Assembly (NCBI GenBank): GCA_964016885.1 | Contig: OZ024766.1 | Span: 16,430,001 to 16,494,000 of the forward strand | Source of the DNA: Eledone cirrhosa | Taxonomy: Eukaryota | Direction of reading: 5' to 3' | DNA length: 64,000 nt | Shown here: piece by piece, positions 26,138 to 42,413 of the stretch | Layout of the letters: the number at the start of each line of letters is the position of its first letter | How positions within the stretch are numbered: the stretch's first letter is position 1 | The notes under the pieces: generated by a model | What the model was told of the DNA's origin: nothing | The model's database searches: none | What the model saw: the letters and a program-made list of their open reading frames with translations, nothing else | Made by a program: the position numbers and the translations under genes

Positions 26138-27163
26138 TTATGGTTTCTTACCTGTATGGGTATATTTGTGTTTAGTTAAACTACTTAATTGAGAGAATGA
26201 TTTACCACAGATATCACAGTGGTATGGCGTGTCTCCTGTATGTATACGTATGTGGCTAGTTAAGGTACCACTTTCAGAGAATGATTTACCACAGATATCA
26301 CAGTGATATGGCTTCTCTCCTGTATGGATACGTATGTGGCTAGTTAAGGTACTACTATCAGAGAATGATTTACCACAGATATCACAGTGATATGGCTTGT
26401 CTCCTGTATGTATACGTTTGTGGCTAGTTAAGTTACCACTTTCAGAGAATGATTTACCACAGATATCACAGTGATATGGCTTCTCTCCTGTATGGGTACG
26501 TTTGTGGCTAGTTAAGTGACCACTTTGAGAGAATGATTTACCACAGATATCACAGTGATATGGCTTCTCTCCTGAATGGGTACGTTTGTGGCTAGTTAAA
26601 CTAACATTATTAAAGAATGATTTACCACAGATATCACAGTTATAAGGCTTGTCTCCTGTATGAGTACGTATGTGAGAAGTTAAATATCTACTAAAAGAGA
26701 ATGATTTACCACAGATATCACAGTGATAAGGCTTGTCTCCTGTATGTGTACGTTTGTGGCTAGAGAAGTTACTACTTACAGAGAATGATTTAGCACAGAT
26801 ATCACAGTGATATGGTTTGTCACCTGTATGGGTACGTATGTGACAAATTAATATACGACTTAGAGAGAATGATTTACCACAGATATCACAGTGATAAGGC
26901 TTGTCTCCTGTATGTATATGTTTGTGTGTAGTTAAGGTACTACTATGAGAGAATGATTTACCACAGATATCACAGTGATATGGTTTGTCACCTGTATGGG
27001 TACGTATGTGACAAATTAATATACCACTTAGAGAGAATGATTTACCACAGACATCACAGTGATATGGCTTCTCTCCTCTATCCTTTGACATCTCTTCTGT
27101 AATAGCCATATCTTTAGACATTGTTTCACATTTAATCTTCTTTTCACTTAATTTATTTTCCAT
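26138..27163 (-). CDS. C2H2 zinc-finger protein, paralog 3 (11 fingers)
   Basis: 341-aa ORF with the shared leader and terminal finger. Confidence 0.95.
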   Translation of the reverse strand: MENKLSEKKIKCETMSKDMAITEEMSKDRGEKPYHCDVCGKSFSLSGILICHIRTHTGDKPYHCDICGKSFSHSSTLTTHKHIHTGDKPYHCDICGKSFSLSRILICHIRTHTGDKPYHCDICAKSFSVSSNFSSHKRTHTGDKPYHCDICGKSFSFSRYLTSHIRTHTGDKPYNCDICGKSFFNNVSLTSHKRTHSGEKPYHCDICGKSFSQSGHLTSHKRTHTGEKPYHCDICGKSFSESGNLTSHKRIHTGDKPYHCDICGKSFSDSSTLTSHIRIHTGEKPYHCDICGKSFSESGTLTSHIRIHTGDTPYHCDICGKSFSQLSSLTKHKYTHTGKKP

Positions 27164-28887
27164 AATAATTCTTCTTCCCTTGGCAGAATTTACAGATGTT
27201 ATTCTTTAATATTTTTCATATTATATTCCTAAAAAATATTTCTTCTGTTATATTTCCCTCAATTATGATCTCAGTTAATACCTGAAGATGATGCAAACTT
27301 CTTTGTCATTGAAGCTGAGTTAAAATACAAAATATATCTCTCATATATATACCACACAGTGAAGAAAAGTAATTTTGTCTTTAAACTCAGTTTTGAGGAA
27401 ATATATAACAGTAATTCTGATAGATTTATATAAACAGTGTTATATAAGTTCTGTTTAAAAAGTTTTAATCTTCAAATGATGATAAATAGAGGTGATGTAT
27501 CCAAGATTGAAAATAATAATTTATCCCAATGTCATCTGATATTCTGAAATGAAAAAGAAACAGTATGAAATAATAGAGAATACTTAAGAAGCAGAGATAG
27601 ATTTAACAGTGGAAATTTCACATCTATAAACCCTAGAAACTTTTTATTGAAAAATCAAATTATTTTAATTTTTAATTTGTTACAAGAAATCTTCCTCCAC
27701 ACCTGCAACCATGAGTGCATCTGGGGTTCTCTTCTCTTCAGAGAGATGGATCCTCATGAGGTGGAGAGAATACTTTGCTGATCTCCCAAACCCGATCACA
27801 ACAGCATCTTCGGATGTACATGAGGTGAATCTGATAGCGGTGACTAATCTCTCGGAGGCTGAGGTCACAAGAGCAATTAAAGAGCTCAAATGTGACCGAC
27901 TCATGTGTGTCAGATGGCCTGGGTCTCTGAAATGGCACTCAAGCAAGGCAATCGGGAGTGATAATCCCAATTTATAAAAAGGGACACACGAGAGATTGTT
28001 CCAAATAGAGAGGGATCACCTTGTTAAGACTCCCTGGTAAAGTATATGCAAAGTTTCTGGCAAAGTGATGTAGCGAGTCGAAGCTAGCTGATGGACAGTG
28101 CTGTTTTCTCCCTGGGTGCAACATAACCCACCAAATATTCACACTGTGGCAGGTCTTTGAGAAATCGTGGGAGTATTGCTAAGAGGTATATATTATCGTT
28201 TTATAGAACTGGAAAATGCACATGACCGCATTCTTCAGGACCTGCTGAGCATACAGGAGTTCACATGGGCAGCCAGTCTTAAACATCTCTGTTATAGGTT
28301 GCAGGATGATAATAAGTAAGTGAGGGCTAAGAACAGAGCCCTGGTGGACACCAGACTACACTCCAAATTCTTCACTATAATTGTTTCTATTTTAAACACA
28401 AGGCCAGCAATTACCCAGTACATTACTGGTACTTTATTTTATAGAACCCGTATGGATGTAAGGCAAAGTTAACCTCGGCGGGATTTGAACTCAGATCATA
28501 AAGGGACGTAACTCTGTGCCTCAAAGCATGGTGTCCGACTCCCTACCGATACTGCCACTTCACTATAATGAATGTTAATCCTGACATTGCTGACTGCTCT
28601 TCTATACATGGCTTTATGATCCTGTATGCAAGACATGTATCAGACGGTTATTCAGCTAGCTCTTTAGAGTATTAGAACCTTATTATGTACAGCCACCGAG
28701 ATCCCACACCAACAGATGTCCCTTCACCATCAAAGCAGTTCCCTGAAATACAGATACTAAACCCCTACTTGGCTGGCTAACTCAGACATAATTATAATGA
28801 AATGAAACCCACAATAAAGTAATGTTCAACCATAAGTAGATGAAGTTAATTAAATTGTAAGAGATTTAGACTAAAATAGACAAAATA

Positions 28888-29910
28888 TTAATTTACTTAA
28901 AGCAATAACAAGGTACAGCTAAATATAAACTATATTTTATAATGTAAGGTAGTGAACCACATAATTAAATAGACGGAGGTAATTTAAATAATAAATATAT
29001 CTTTAATTTACTTAAAGCAATGACAAGGTACAGCTAAATATAAACTATATTTTATAATGTAAGGTAGTGAACAAGATAATTAAACAGACGGAGGTAATTT
29101 AAATAATAAATATATCTTTAATTTACTTAAAGCAATGACAAGGTACAGCTAAATATAAACTATATTTTATAATGTAAGGTAGTGAACAAGATAATTAAAT
29201 TGACGGGGTTAATTTAAATAATAAATATATATTTAACTTACTTCAAGCAATAACAAGGTACAGTTAAATATAAACTACATTATGTAAGGTAGTGAACCAC
29301 ATAATTAAATAGACGGAGGTAATTTAAATAATAAATATATCTTTAATTTACTTAAAGCAATGACAAGGTACAGCTAAATATAAACTATATTTTATAATGT
29401 AAGGTAGTGAACAAGATAATTAAACAGACGGAGGTAATTTAAATAATAAATATATCTTTAATTTACTTAAAGCAATGACAAGGTACAGCTAAATATAAAC
29501 TATATTTTATAATGTAAGGTAGTGAACAAGATAATTAAATTGACGGGGTTAATTTAAATAATAAAAATATATTTAACTTACTTCAAGCAATAACAAGGTA
29601 CAGCTAAATATAAACTATATTTTATAATGTCAGGTAGTGAACAAGATAATTAAATTGACGGGGTTAATTTAAATAATAAATATATCTTTAATTTACTTAA
29701 AGCAATGACAAGGTACAGCTAAATATAAACTATATTTTATAATGTAAGGTAGTGAACAAGATAATTAAACAGACGGAGGTAATTTAAATAATAAAAATAT
29801 ATTTAACTTACTTCAAGCAATAACAAGGTACAGCTAAATATAAACTATATTTTATAATGTCAGGTAGTGAACCACATAATTAAATAGACGGAGGTAATTT
29901 AAATAATAAA
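28888..29910. repeat. 115-bp satellite, ~9 copies
   Basis: Same unit. Confidence 0.9.
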
Positions 29911-31179
29911 GACAGTCATAACAATATATTTTATATCACATGTAACAGTGGAATCTGGTTAATCACTGGTGCGTTGTAGGGGTCACATAATTATTTTATT
30001 TACACACATTAATATAGATATTAAGTAAATCTTTGGCAACTTACCTCCTTCGCATATAATTAATGTATTGTGTTGTTAGTTGTTACTAAACAACCAAAGA
30101 AATAATCTCTTTGTTATCAAATTAGAAGTTTCAATGTGATCAGCTTTATTTCACGACATTAACGTTGGTGTATCTTCTTCATCTTTAGTCATAAATTGAT
30201 ATCTTGTCAGAATGAAGTAGTGAGGCTGACTTTATGTCTTTAGCTACAGACTTGATAGGAAATATATATATATTAGGTTGATATGTAGTCTAAAATATAT
30301 ATATATTGTCTATAAATGACTGATAGCAGATGTTCTGGTGAAATAGTAGTTTTACTACTACAGATTGTAATGGAACTCTTAATAGACACAATTGTAAAGT
30401 AAGAATAGATATGACAGTGTAAGACTGATGTCGGGGAATTAAAATTGTGTGTGTGTATATATATATATATAATTGTTACACAAGATATAATTAGATAAAT
30501 TAAAGTTATAATGAAGACAGCAGGTACTCGGTGTCTTAGCGAATATTTCGACTCTCGTACGGTGTCAAACGTGAAAAGTCCCTGACATAATTTTGTACTT
30601 TCACTCACATTTCCAGTCGTATTTAATTTTATAGTGATGTGATTTATTAAAAAGAAACGTGATAATTGTTTCTACTTTAGGCACAAGGCCAGTAAATACC
30701 CCAGTACATTACTGGTACTTCATTTTATCGACCCCGTATGGATGAAAGGCAAAGCTTACCTCTGAGGGATTAACTTTGCTTTTCATCCTTATCTCTATAC
30801 ATATAGAAAATGGACAGGGTGTGTACTTCACTGAAACCACTGCTCATCAGTTGACACCAGCACCACCTGACACTACTCTAACTGCTTTTTTGAAACACTG
30901 CCAGAATAAAGAATTTGTTCGATCCCTCCTATATGCTGACATCCCAAAATACTACACCTGGACCAATTGTAAGACTTGGAATCAAAGGAAGCAGGGTCAT
31001 TTAGTGGAAGGTGATGAAGTCAAGGCAAGTGATGCTATTGGGCATGTTTACAATGACCACCCCAACAACAGAGAGAGTTTTTATTTACAGTCACTTCTGC
31101 ATATTGTTCAAGGACCAACGTCATTTGAGGATCTCAGGTGATTTGGTGGAAGAGTGCAGCACATCCCAAGAAGCATACT

Positions 31180-32406
31180 ATGGACACCTGTATGACAACT
31201 GACATTGGAAGAAGAGACAAGAAGGAGCAGTCACTGGAGTAGCCAGTTAAATAAGACAGCCATGGACACCTGTATGACAACTGACATTGGAAGAAGAGAC
31301 TAGAAGGAGCAGTCACTGGAGTAGCCAGTTAAATAAGACAGCCATGGACACCTGTATGACAACTGACATTGGAAGAAGAGACTAGAAGGAGCAGTCACTG
31401 GAGTAGCCAGTTAAATAAGACAGCCATGGACACCTGTATGACAACTGACATTGGAAGAAGAGACTACAAGGAGCAGTCACGGGAGTAGCCAGTTAAATAA
31501 GACAGCCATGGACTCCTGTATGACAACTGACATTGGAAGAATGGACTAGAAGGAGCAGTCACTGGAATAGCCAGTTAAATAAGACAGCCATGGACACCTG
31601 TATGACAACTGACATTGGAAGAAGAGACGAGAAGGAGCAGTCACTGGAGTAGCCAGTTAAATAAGACAGCCATGGACTCCTGTATGACAACTGACATTGG
31701 AAAGAGAGACTAGAAGGAGCAGTCACTGGAGTGGACAGTTAAATAAGACAGCCATGGACACCTGTATGACAACTGACATTGGAAGAAGGGACTAGAAGGA
31801 GCAGTCACTGGAGTAGCCAGTTAAATAAGACAGCCATGGACACCTGTATGACAACTGACATTGGAAGAAGGGACTAGAAGGAGCAGACACTGGAGTAGCC
31901 AGTTAAATAAGACAGCCATGGACACCTGTATGACAACTGACATTGGAAGAAGGGACTAGAAGGAGCAGTCACTGGAGTAGCCAGTTAAATAAGACAGCCA
32001 TGGACTCCTGTATGACAACTGACATTGGAAGAAGAGACTAGAAGGAGCAGTCACTGGAGTAGCCAGTTAAGTAAGACATCCATGGACTCCTGTATGACAA
32101 CTGACATTGGAAGAAGGGACTAGAAGGAGCAGTCACTGGAGTGGCCAGTTAAATAAGACAGCCATGGACACCTGTATGACAACTGACATTGGAAGAAGAG
32201 ACTAGAAGGAGCAGTCACTGGAGTAGCCAGTTAAATAAGACAGCCATGGACACCTGTATGACAACTGACATTGGAAGAAGAGACTAGAAGGAGCAGTCAC
32301 TGGAGTGGCCAGTTAAATAAGACAGCCATGGGCACCTGTATGACAACTAACATTGGAAGAAGGGACTAGAAGGAGCAGTCACTGGAGTAGCCAGTTAAAT
32401 AAGACA
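31180..32406. repeat. 82-bp minisatellite, ~15 copies
   Basis: Same unit. Confidence 0.95.
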
Positions 32407-33121
32407 GTTGTTTGCTACTATACTCACAGCATCTGGAATAAATCTCATCTACCCTGGCAGGAGTACAAAAACAATATGTCAGACGACTATCTACACCTAG
32501 CCCAAAGATGTTATAGCAATATTTATGTGGAATCTACCTCCAGGATTTACAATCAATCTCTGTGCAACCTGTCCCATTGAATTCCAGCAATGAATAGCAA
32601 TGCGGGATGCCAGAGCCAGAAGAAATTGAGGTAATACAATCAGTTTTTCAGGAGACAAACCATGATATTGAAGTGTTGCGTAAGTTTGTTGATGAAAATA
32701 AACCTTGACTGGTGGATGACCAGAAATATGCCGACCACAACATCATGAAAAACATTCAACATGACAGTACCCAGCACTCACTGTAAGTGAGGTTGGCGTT
32801 AAGACGGGCATCCATCTGTAGAAATCAAGCCAGAATCAGTTCCCGTCCCACCCTTGCAAGCAGGGAGAAAGCGGACGTGAAATGAAATGATGATGAATGA
32901 TGATGTCCCTCCCATATTTTCAATAATGTCACTTTGACGAACCAAAAGATAAATAACAGAAAAACAGACCCTAAAATATATTTTCCGTGCTATTTCCAAC
33001 TTCACCTTTTCTCTATATATAGAGAGAGCGCGAGGAGAATTTGTCATGTCTTCATTACATAGGTGCTATTTTAAATAAACATCTTTTAACGGTCTGTTCT
33101 GCTATATTTTACTTTTCCACG

Positions 33122-33161
<40 letters not shown>

Positions 33162-35004
33162 AACTAGAAATTGATTGACATATAAATAAACATATGAAAC
33201 AATCACAGGGGATAATTTGTAAAAGTGTGTAAGCACACATAGCTAGGTAGGTAACTAAATAAAGTTTAACTAGAACTTCAAAGATAGATACCTTAGAAAA
33301 TGATTAATCTTCCTTGTATATATTCCATTAAAGAAATATATTTCACCAATTAATCGATTGGTAAACGACAGTAGCCAGATCTTGGATTCTCAACAAGGAA
33401 GAAGTCCAACCATCTGTGTTTACGCATCAAGTTCAAATCAGCGACTGACCAGTAACACGTGCTGTATCTACTAAAAATACACACATCATACCAGCTTCGT
33501 CCCAGTGGCGTGAATAGGGTTATTGACAACTGGAAACAGCAGTCAGGTCCTTTCAACAGAGTTAGCTCTACAATTAAGAGGCCCTATTTATATATATATA
33601 TATCCAAAATTAAGATAAATTAAAATGAAATTAATCTGAATCGTATCATGGGTGTCATGCCAATAAGACAGGCGCCATATCGCTCATAAAATAAGCTCCA
33701 TGGACCTTATTTTACGAGTGATATGGCACATGTCTTTCTGTCATGACACCCATAATTTGATATAGATTAATTTTATTTATCTTAATTTTGGATATATATA
33801 TATATATACAGAGAAAGAGAAGAGTAGACAAACAGACAATGACAAAGAAGAGGAATTAACCCCACACCCCCAGTATTTCACTGGTATTTCATTTATTGAC
33901 CTCAAAATAACGAAGCAACTTTACCTCAGTGGGATTTGTACTCTGAGAACTAGAACAGACACTGAAAATACATCAAGATGTGCACACACGTATATAAGAA
34001 CACATAAACATACACATACATATACACACACATATATACACAAATAAAGATAGTCATTTTCATGGACAGAAATTTCTACACACTGACATATACACTCATA
34101 CATATGTATATATATATATAGGAAAATGTTTAACCCCGACGGCAGAGCTCAAGCCATTTCGACGGTTATTTCTGGACTGTTTCCAGAAATAGCAGTCGAA
34201 ACAGATTGAGCTCTGCCGTCGGGGTTAAACATTTTCCTATTACCCGCTCTACTACCCTAAGTATTGAGTACTCTGGTGCGTATATGGTCCATCTGGTTCT
34301 TTACCACACCTCCTTTGTTATATATATATATAAAATCATAAGAAACGAAAGGAGTTGTGTGGTTACTGTAAACAAAGTTTAAGATGGTAATATGGATGAA
34401 AGGAGAGAAGAAACTGTTCATCAGCTGTAAACCGAGATCATAGATGTTTTGGCACATATATATATATACAGTGTTTGTAAATTCTGTACCATACAGATTT
34501 GCCAGCATAAGTCTTGGTTACAACTTCTACAAATAAAATGAAAGGAGAATAATTTCAGAACAAACAAGTTTTATTCAAAACATTAACAACATTGGTGGCA
34601 CTATTTTGGGTGAGTGATATGGTTTTTATCTTGTCTGATTGTGTTTGTGTTCCATTAAGTAACCTTATGTTGGTACCACAACATTTAGAAAATGATTTAC
34701 CACAGACAACACAGTGATATGGTTCCTCTCCTGTATATGTTAGTGCCTAGTAAAGTCACAACATTTAGAGAAGGATTTATCACAGACATCACAGTGATAT
34801 GGTTCCTCTCCTGTATATGTTAGTGTCTAGTGAAGCCACATTTAGAGAAGGATTTACTGCAGATATCACAGTGATATGGTTCCTCTCCTGTATATGTTAG
34901 TGTGTAGGGAAGCCACAACATTTAGAGAATGATTTACTGCAGATATCACAACGATATGGTTCCTTTTCTTTAAATGTTAGTGCTGAGTGAAGTGACTTAT
35001 TTCA

Positions 35005-35139
<135 letters not shown>

Positions 35140-35276
35140 TTATGTTTGTATGTAGTTAATGTAGCAATACAAGAGAATAATTTCTCTGCAATATCACAGT
35201 GGTATGGCTTCTCACTCATATGAATGTATTTGTGTCTAATTAATTTACAATTTTGAGACAATGAGATATGACTTTG

Positions 35277-37058
35277 TTATGGTTTCTTACCTGTATGGGT
35301 ATATTTGTGTTTAGTTAAACTACTTAATTGAGAGAATGATTTACTACAGATATCACAGTGATGTGGCTTCTCACCTGTATGGATACGTAAGTGTTGAGTT
35401 AAGTAACTTCTTCGAGAGAATGATTTACCACAGATATGACAGTGATATGGCTTCTCTCCTGTATGAGTACGTATGTGAGAATTTATATTACTACTAAAAG
35501 AGAATGATTTACCACAGATATCACAGTGATATGGTTTCTCTACTGTATGTATACGTTTGTGTGTAGTTAAGTTACCACTTCTAGAGAATGATTTACCACA
35601 GATATCACAGTGATATGGCTTGTCACCTGTATGGGTACGGATGTGATAAGTTAATATACTACTTAGAGAGAATGATTGACCACAGATATCACAGCGATAT
35701 GGTTTCTCTCCTGTATGTATACTTTTGTGACTAGTTAAATTACTATTAACAAAGAATGATTTACCACAGATATCACAGTGATAAGGCTTGTCTCCTGTAT
35801 GAGTACGTATGTGAGAAGTTAAATTACTACTAAAAGAGAATGATTTACCACAGATATCACAGTGATATGGCTTCTCTCCTGTATGTATATGTTTGTGTGT
35901 AGTTAAATGACTACTTCGAGAGAATGAATTACCACAGATATCACAGTGATATGGTTTCTCTCCTGTATGTATACGTTTGTGTCTAGTTAAGCTACCACTT
36001 TCAGAGAATGATTTACCACAGATATCACAGTGATATGGCTTCTCACCTGTATGTGTACGTTTGTGTCTAGTTAATTCACTATTAACAAAGAATGATTTAC
36101 CACAGATATCACAGCGATATGGTTTCTCACCTATATGTATAAGCATGTGGTTAGTTAATATACTACTTTTAGAGAATGATTTACCACAGATATCACAGTT
36201 ATATGGTTTGTTTCCTGTATGGGTACTTTTGTGGCTAGTTAAGGTATCACTGTGAGAGAATGATTTACCACAGACATCACAGTGATATGGCTTATCACCT
36301 GTATGGGTACGGATGTGACAAGTTAATATACTACTTCGAGAGAATGATTTACCACAGATATCACAGTGATATGGTTTGTCACCTATATGTATACGCACGT
36401 GGCTAGTTAAATTACTCCTAAAAGAGAATGATTTACTACAGATATCACAGTGATATGGCTTCTCACCTGTATGTGTACGTTTGTGTCTAGTTAATGCACT
36501 ATTAACAAAGAATGATTTACCACAGATATCACAGTGATATGGCTTCTCACCTGTATGTATACGCATGTGGCTATTTAAATTACCATTAACAAAGAATGAT
36601 TTACCACAGATATCACAGTGATATGGCTTCTCTCCTGTATGTGTACGTTTGTGGCTAGTTAAGGTACTACTTTGAGAGAATGATTCACCACAGATATCAC
36701 AGTGATATGGCTTCTCACCTGTATGTATACGCATGTGGCTAGTTAATTTACTATTAACAAAGAATGATTTACCACAGACATCACAGTGATATGGCTTCTC
36801 TACTGTATGTGTACGTTTGTGGCTTGTTAAATTACCATTAACAAAGAATGATTTACCACAGATATCACAGTGATATGGCTTCTCTACTGTATGTATACGT
36901 TTGTGACTAGTTAATTTACTACTTTCAGAGAATGATTTACCACAAACATCACAGTCATATGGCTTCTCTCCTCTATCCTTTGACATCTCTTCTGTAATAG
37001 CCATATCTTTAGACATTGTTTCACATTTAATCTTCTTTTCACTCAATTTATTTTCCAT
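35277..37058 (-). CDS. C2H2 zinc-finger protein, paralog 4 (20 fingers)
   Basis: 593-aa ORF with the shared leader and terminal finger. Confidence 0.95.
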   Translation of the reverse strand: MENKLSEKKIKCETMSKDMAITEEMSKDRGEKPYDCDVCGKSFSESSKLTSHKRIHTVEKPYHCDICGKSFFVNGNLTSHKRTHTVEKPYHCDVCGKSFFVNSKLTSHMRIHTGEKPYHCDICGESFSQSSTLTSHKRTHTGEKPYHCDICGKSFFVNGNLNSHMRIHTGEKPYHCDICGKSFFVNSALTRHKRTHTGEKPYHCDICSKSFSFRSNLTSHVRIHIGDKPYHCDICGKSFSRSSILTCHIRTHTGDKPYHCDVCGKSFSHSDTLTSHKSTHTGNKPYNCDICGKSFSKSSILTNHMLIHIGEKPYRCDICGKSFFVNSELTRHKRTHTGEKPYHCDICGKSFSESGSLTRHKRIHTGEKPYHCDICGNSFSRSSHLTTHKHIHTGEKPYHCDICGKSFSFSSNLTSHIRTHTGDKPYHCDICGKSFFVNSNLTSHKSIHTGEKPYRCDICGQSFSLSSILTYHIRTHTGDKPYHCDICGKSFSRSGNLTTHKRIHTVEKPYHCDICGKSFSFSSNINSHIRTHTGEKPYHCHICGKSFSRRSYLTQHLRIHTGEKPHHCDICSKSFSQLSSLTKHKYTHTGKKP

Positions 37059-38769
37059 AATAATTCTTCTACCCTTGGCAGAATTTACAGATGTTATTCT
37101 TTAATATTTTTTTTCCTAAAAAATATTATTTCTGTTATATTTCCCTCAACTATGATCTCAGTTAATACCTGAAGATGATGCAAACTTCTTTGTCATTGAA
37201 GCTGAGTTAAAATACAAAATATATCTCTCATATATATATACCACACAGTGAAGAAAAGGAATTTTGTCTTTAAACTCAGTTCTGAGGAAATATATCACAG
37301 TAATTCTGATAGATTTATATAAACAGTGTTATATAAGTTCTGTTTAAAAAGTTTTAATCTTCAAATGATGATAAATAGAGGTGATGTATCCAAGATTAAA
37401 AATAATAATTTATCCTAATGTCATCTGATATTCTGAAATGAAAAAGAAACAGTATGAGATAATAGAGAATACTTAAGAAGCAAAGATAGATTTAACAGTG
37501 GAAATTTTACATCTATAAACCCTGGAAACTTTTTATTGAAAAATCAAATTATTTTAGTTTTTAATTAGTTACAAGAAATCTTTCTCCACACCTGCAACCA
37601 TGAGTGTATCTGGGGTTCTTTTCTCTTCAGAGAGATGGATCCTCATGAGGTGGAGAGAATACTTTGCTGATCTCCCAAACCCGATCACAACAGCATCTTC
37701 GGATGTACATGAGGTGAATCTGATAGCGGTGACTAATCTCTCGGAGGCTGAGGTCACAAGAGCAATTAAAGAGCTCAAATGTGACCAACTCATGTGTGTC
37801 AGATGGCCTGGGTCTCTGAAATGGCACTCAAGCAAAGGCAATCGGGAGTGATAATCCCAATTTATAAAAAGGGACACACGAGAGATTGTTCCAAATAGAG
37901 AGGGATCACCTTGTTAAGACTCCCTGGTAAAGTATATGCAAAGTTTCTGGCAAAGTGATGTAGCGAGTCGAAGCTAGCTGATGGACAGTGCTGTTTGCTC
38001 CCTGGGTGCAACATAACCCACCAAATATTCACACTGTGGCAGCTCTTTGAGAAATCGTGGGAGTATTGCTAAGAGGTATATATTATCGTTTTATAGACCT
38101 GGAAAATGCACATGACAGCATTCTTCAGGACCTGCTGAGCATACAGGAGTTCCCATGGGCAGCCAGTCTTAAACATCTCTGTTATAGGCTGCAGGACGAT
38201 AATAACTAAGTGAGGGCCAAGAACAGAGCCCTGGTGGACACCAGACTACACTCCAAATTATTCACTATAATCGTTTCTATTTTAAACACAAGGCCAGCAA
38301 TTAACCAGTACATTACTGGTACTTTATTTTATCGACCCCGTATGGATGTAAGGCAAAGTTAACCTCGGCGGGATTTGAACTCAGATCATAAAGGGACGTA
38401 ACTCTGTGCCTCAAAGCATGGTGTCCGACTCTCTACCGATACTGCCACTTCACTATAATGAATGTTAATCCTGACATTGCTGACTGCTCTTCTATACATG
38501 GCTTTATGATCCTCTATACAAGACATGTATCAGACGGTTATTCAGCTAGCTCTTTAGAGTATTAGAACCTTATTATGTACAGCCACCGAGATCCCACACC
38601 AACAGATGTCCCTTCACCATCAAAGCAGTTCCCTGAAATACTCAACCCCTACTTGGCTGGCTAACTCAGACATAATTATAATGAAATGAAACCCACAATA
38701 AAGTAATGTTCAACCATAAGTAGATGAAGTTAATTAAATTGTAAGAGATTTAGACTAAAATAGACAAAA

Positions 38770-38995
38770 TATGAATTTACTTAAAGCAACAACAAGGTAC
38801 AGCTAAATATAAAATATATTTTATAATGTACGGTAGTGAACCACATAATTAAATAGACGGAGGTAATTTAAATAATAAATATATCTTTAATTTATTTAAA
38901 GCAATAACAAGGTACAGCTAAATATAAACTATATTTTATAATGTACGGTAGTGAATAAGATAATTAAATAGACGGAGGTAATTTAAATAATAAAG
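38770..38995. repeat. 115-bp satellite, ~2 copies
   Basis: Same unit. Confidence 0.85.
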
Positions 38996-41900
38996 ACAGT
39001 CATAACAATATATTTTATGTCACATGTAACAGTGGAATCTGGTTAATTACTGGTGCGTTGTAGGGGTCACATAATTATATTATTTACACACATTAATATA
39101 GACATTAAGTAAATCTTTGTCAACTTACCTCCTTCACATATAATCAATGTATTGTGTTGTTAGTTGTTACTAAACAACCAAAGAAATAATCTCTTTGTTA
39201 TCAAATTAGAAGTTCCAATGTTATCAGCTTTATTTCACGACATTAACGTTGGTGTATCTTCTTCATCTTTAGTCATAAATTGATATCTTGTGAGAATGAA
39301 GTAGTGAGACTGACTTTATGTCTTTAGCTACAGATTTGATAGGAAATATATATATTAGGTTGATATGTGGTCTAAAATATATATATTGTCTATAAATTAC
39401 TGATAGCAGATGTTCTGGTGAAATAGTAGTTTTACTACTACAGATTGTAATGGAACTCTTAGTAAACACAATTGTAAAGTAAGAATATATATGACAGTGT
39501 AAGACTGATGTCGGGGAATTAAAATTGTGTGTGTGTATATATATATAATTGTTACACAAGATATAATTAGATTAATTAAAGTTATCACGAAGACAGCAGG
39601 TACTCGGTGTCTTAGCGAATGTTTCGACTCTCGTACGGTGTCAGACGTGACAAGTCCCTGACATAATTTAGTACCTTCACACACGTTTCCAGTCGTATTT
39701 AATTCTATAGTGATGTGATTTATTAAAAAGAAATGTGATAATTGTTTCTACTTTTGGCACAAGGCCAGCAATTACCCTAGTGTATTACTGGTACTTTATT
39801 TTATCGACCCCGTAATAATTGTTTCTACTTTAGGCACAAGGCCAGTAAATACGCTAGTGAATTACTGGTACTTTATTATATCAACCCCGTAATAATTGTT
39901 TCTACATTAGGCACAAGGCCAGCAATACCCCAGTACATTACTGGTACTTTATTTTATCGAACCCGTAGGGATGAAAGGCAAAGCTAACCTCTGAGGGATT
40001 AACTTTGCTTTTCATCCTTATCTCTATACATATAGAAAATGGACAGAGTGTGTACTTCACTGAAACCACTGCTCATCAGTTGACACCAGCACCACCTGAC
40101 ACTACTCTAACTGCATTTTTGAAACACTGCCAGAATAAAGAATTTGTTCGATCCCTCCTATATGCTGACATCCCAAAATACTACACCTGGATCTATTGTA
40201 AGACTTGGAATCAAAGGAAGCAGGGTCATTTAGTGGAAGGTGATGAAGTCAAGGCAAGTGATGCTATTGGGCATGTTTACAATGACCACCCCAACAACAG
40301 AGAGAGTTTTTATTTACAGCCACTTCTGCATATTGTTCAAGGACCAACGTCAATTGAGGATCTCAGGTGATTTGGTGGAAGAGTGCAGCAAATAACAAGA
40401 AGCATCTAAAGAACATCAAATTTTGCATGGCCATTAATCTTCCTTGTATATATTCCATTAAAGAAATATATTTCACCAATTAATCGATTGGTAAACGACA
40501 GTAGCCAGATCTTGGATTCTCAACAAGGAAGAAGTCCAACCATCTGTGTTTACGCGTCAAGTTCAAATCAGCGACTGACCAGTAACACGTGCTGTATCTA
40601 CTAAAAATACACACAACATACCAGCTTCGTCCCAGTGGCGTGAATAGGGTTATTGACAACTAGAAACAGCAGTCAGGTCCTTTCAACAGAGTTAGCTCTA
40701 CAATTAAGAGGCCGTACTTATATATATATTTCCAAAATTAAGATAAATTAAAATAAAATTAATCTAAATCAAATTATGGTTGTAATGCCAGAAAGACATG
40801 CGCCATATCACCCGTAAAATAAGCTCCATGGAGCTTATTTTACGCGTGATATGTCACATGTCTTTCTGGCATGACTCCCATAATTTGATTTACATTAATT
40901 TTATTTTAATTTATCTTAATTTTGGATATATATATATAAATACAGAGAAAGAGAAGAGTAGACAAACAGACAATGACAAAGGAGAGGAATTAACCACCCC
41001 AGTATTTCACTGGTATTTCATTTATTGGCCTCAAAATATCGAAGCAAATTTACCTCAGTAGGATTTGTACTCTGAGAACTAGAACAGACACTGAAAATAT
41101 ATCAAGATGTGCACACATGTATATAAGAAAACATATAAACATACACATACATATATACACACACACATATACACAAATACAGATAATCATTTTCATGGAC
41201 AGAAACTTCTACACACTGACATATACACTCATACATATATATATATATATATATATATAGGAAAATGTTTAACCCCGACGGCAGAGCTCAAGCCATTTCG
41301 ACGGTTATTTCTGGACTGTTTCCAGAAATAGCCGTCGAAACGGATTGAGCTCTGCCGTCGGGGTTAAACATTTTCCTATTACCCGCTCTACTACCGTAAG
41401 TATTGAGTACTCTGGTGCGTATATGGTCCATCTGGTTCTTTACCACACCTCCTTTGTTATATATATATATAAAATCATAAGAAACGAAAGGAGCTGTGTG
41501 GTTACTGTAAACAAAGTTTAAGATGGTAATATGGATGAAAGGAGAGAAGAAACCCTTCATCAGCTGTAAACCGAGATCATAGATGTTTTGGCACATATAT
41601 ATATATACAGTGTTTGTAAATTCTGTACCATACAGATTTGTCAGCATAAGTCTTGGTTACAACTTCTACAAATAAAATGAAAGGAGAATAATTTCAGAAC
41701 AAACAAGTTTTATTGAAAACATTAACAACATTGGTGGCACTATGTTGGGTGAGTGACATGGTTTTTATCTTGTCTGATTGTGTTTGTGTTCCATTAAGTA
41801 ACCTTATGTTGGTACCACAACATTTAGAAAATGATTTACCACAGACAACACAGTGATATGGTTCCTCTCCTGTATATGTTAGTGTCTAGTAAAGTCACAA

Positions 41901-42143
41901 CATTTAGAGAAGGATTTATCACAGACATCACAGTGATATAGTTCCTCTCCTGTATATGTTAGTGTCTAGTGAAGCCACATTTAGAGAAGGATTTACTGCA
42001 GATATCACAGTGATATGGTTCCTCTCCTGTATATGTTAGTGTGTAGGGAAGCCACGACATTTAGAGAATGATTTACTGCAGATATCACAACGATATGGTT
42101 CCTTTTCTTTAAATGTTAGTGCTGAGTGAAGTGACTTATTTCA

Positions 42144-42278
<135 letters not shown>

Positions 42279-42413
42279 TTATGTTTGTATGTAGTTAATG
42301 TAGCAATACAAGAGAATAATTTCTCCGCAATATCACAGTGGTATGACTTCACTCATATGAATGTATTTGTGTCTAATTAATTTACAATTTTGAGACAATG
42401 AGATATGACTTTG

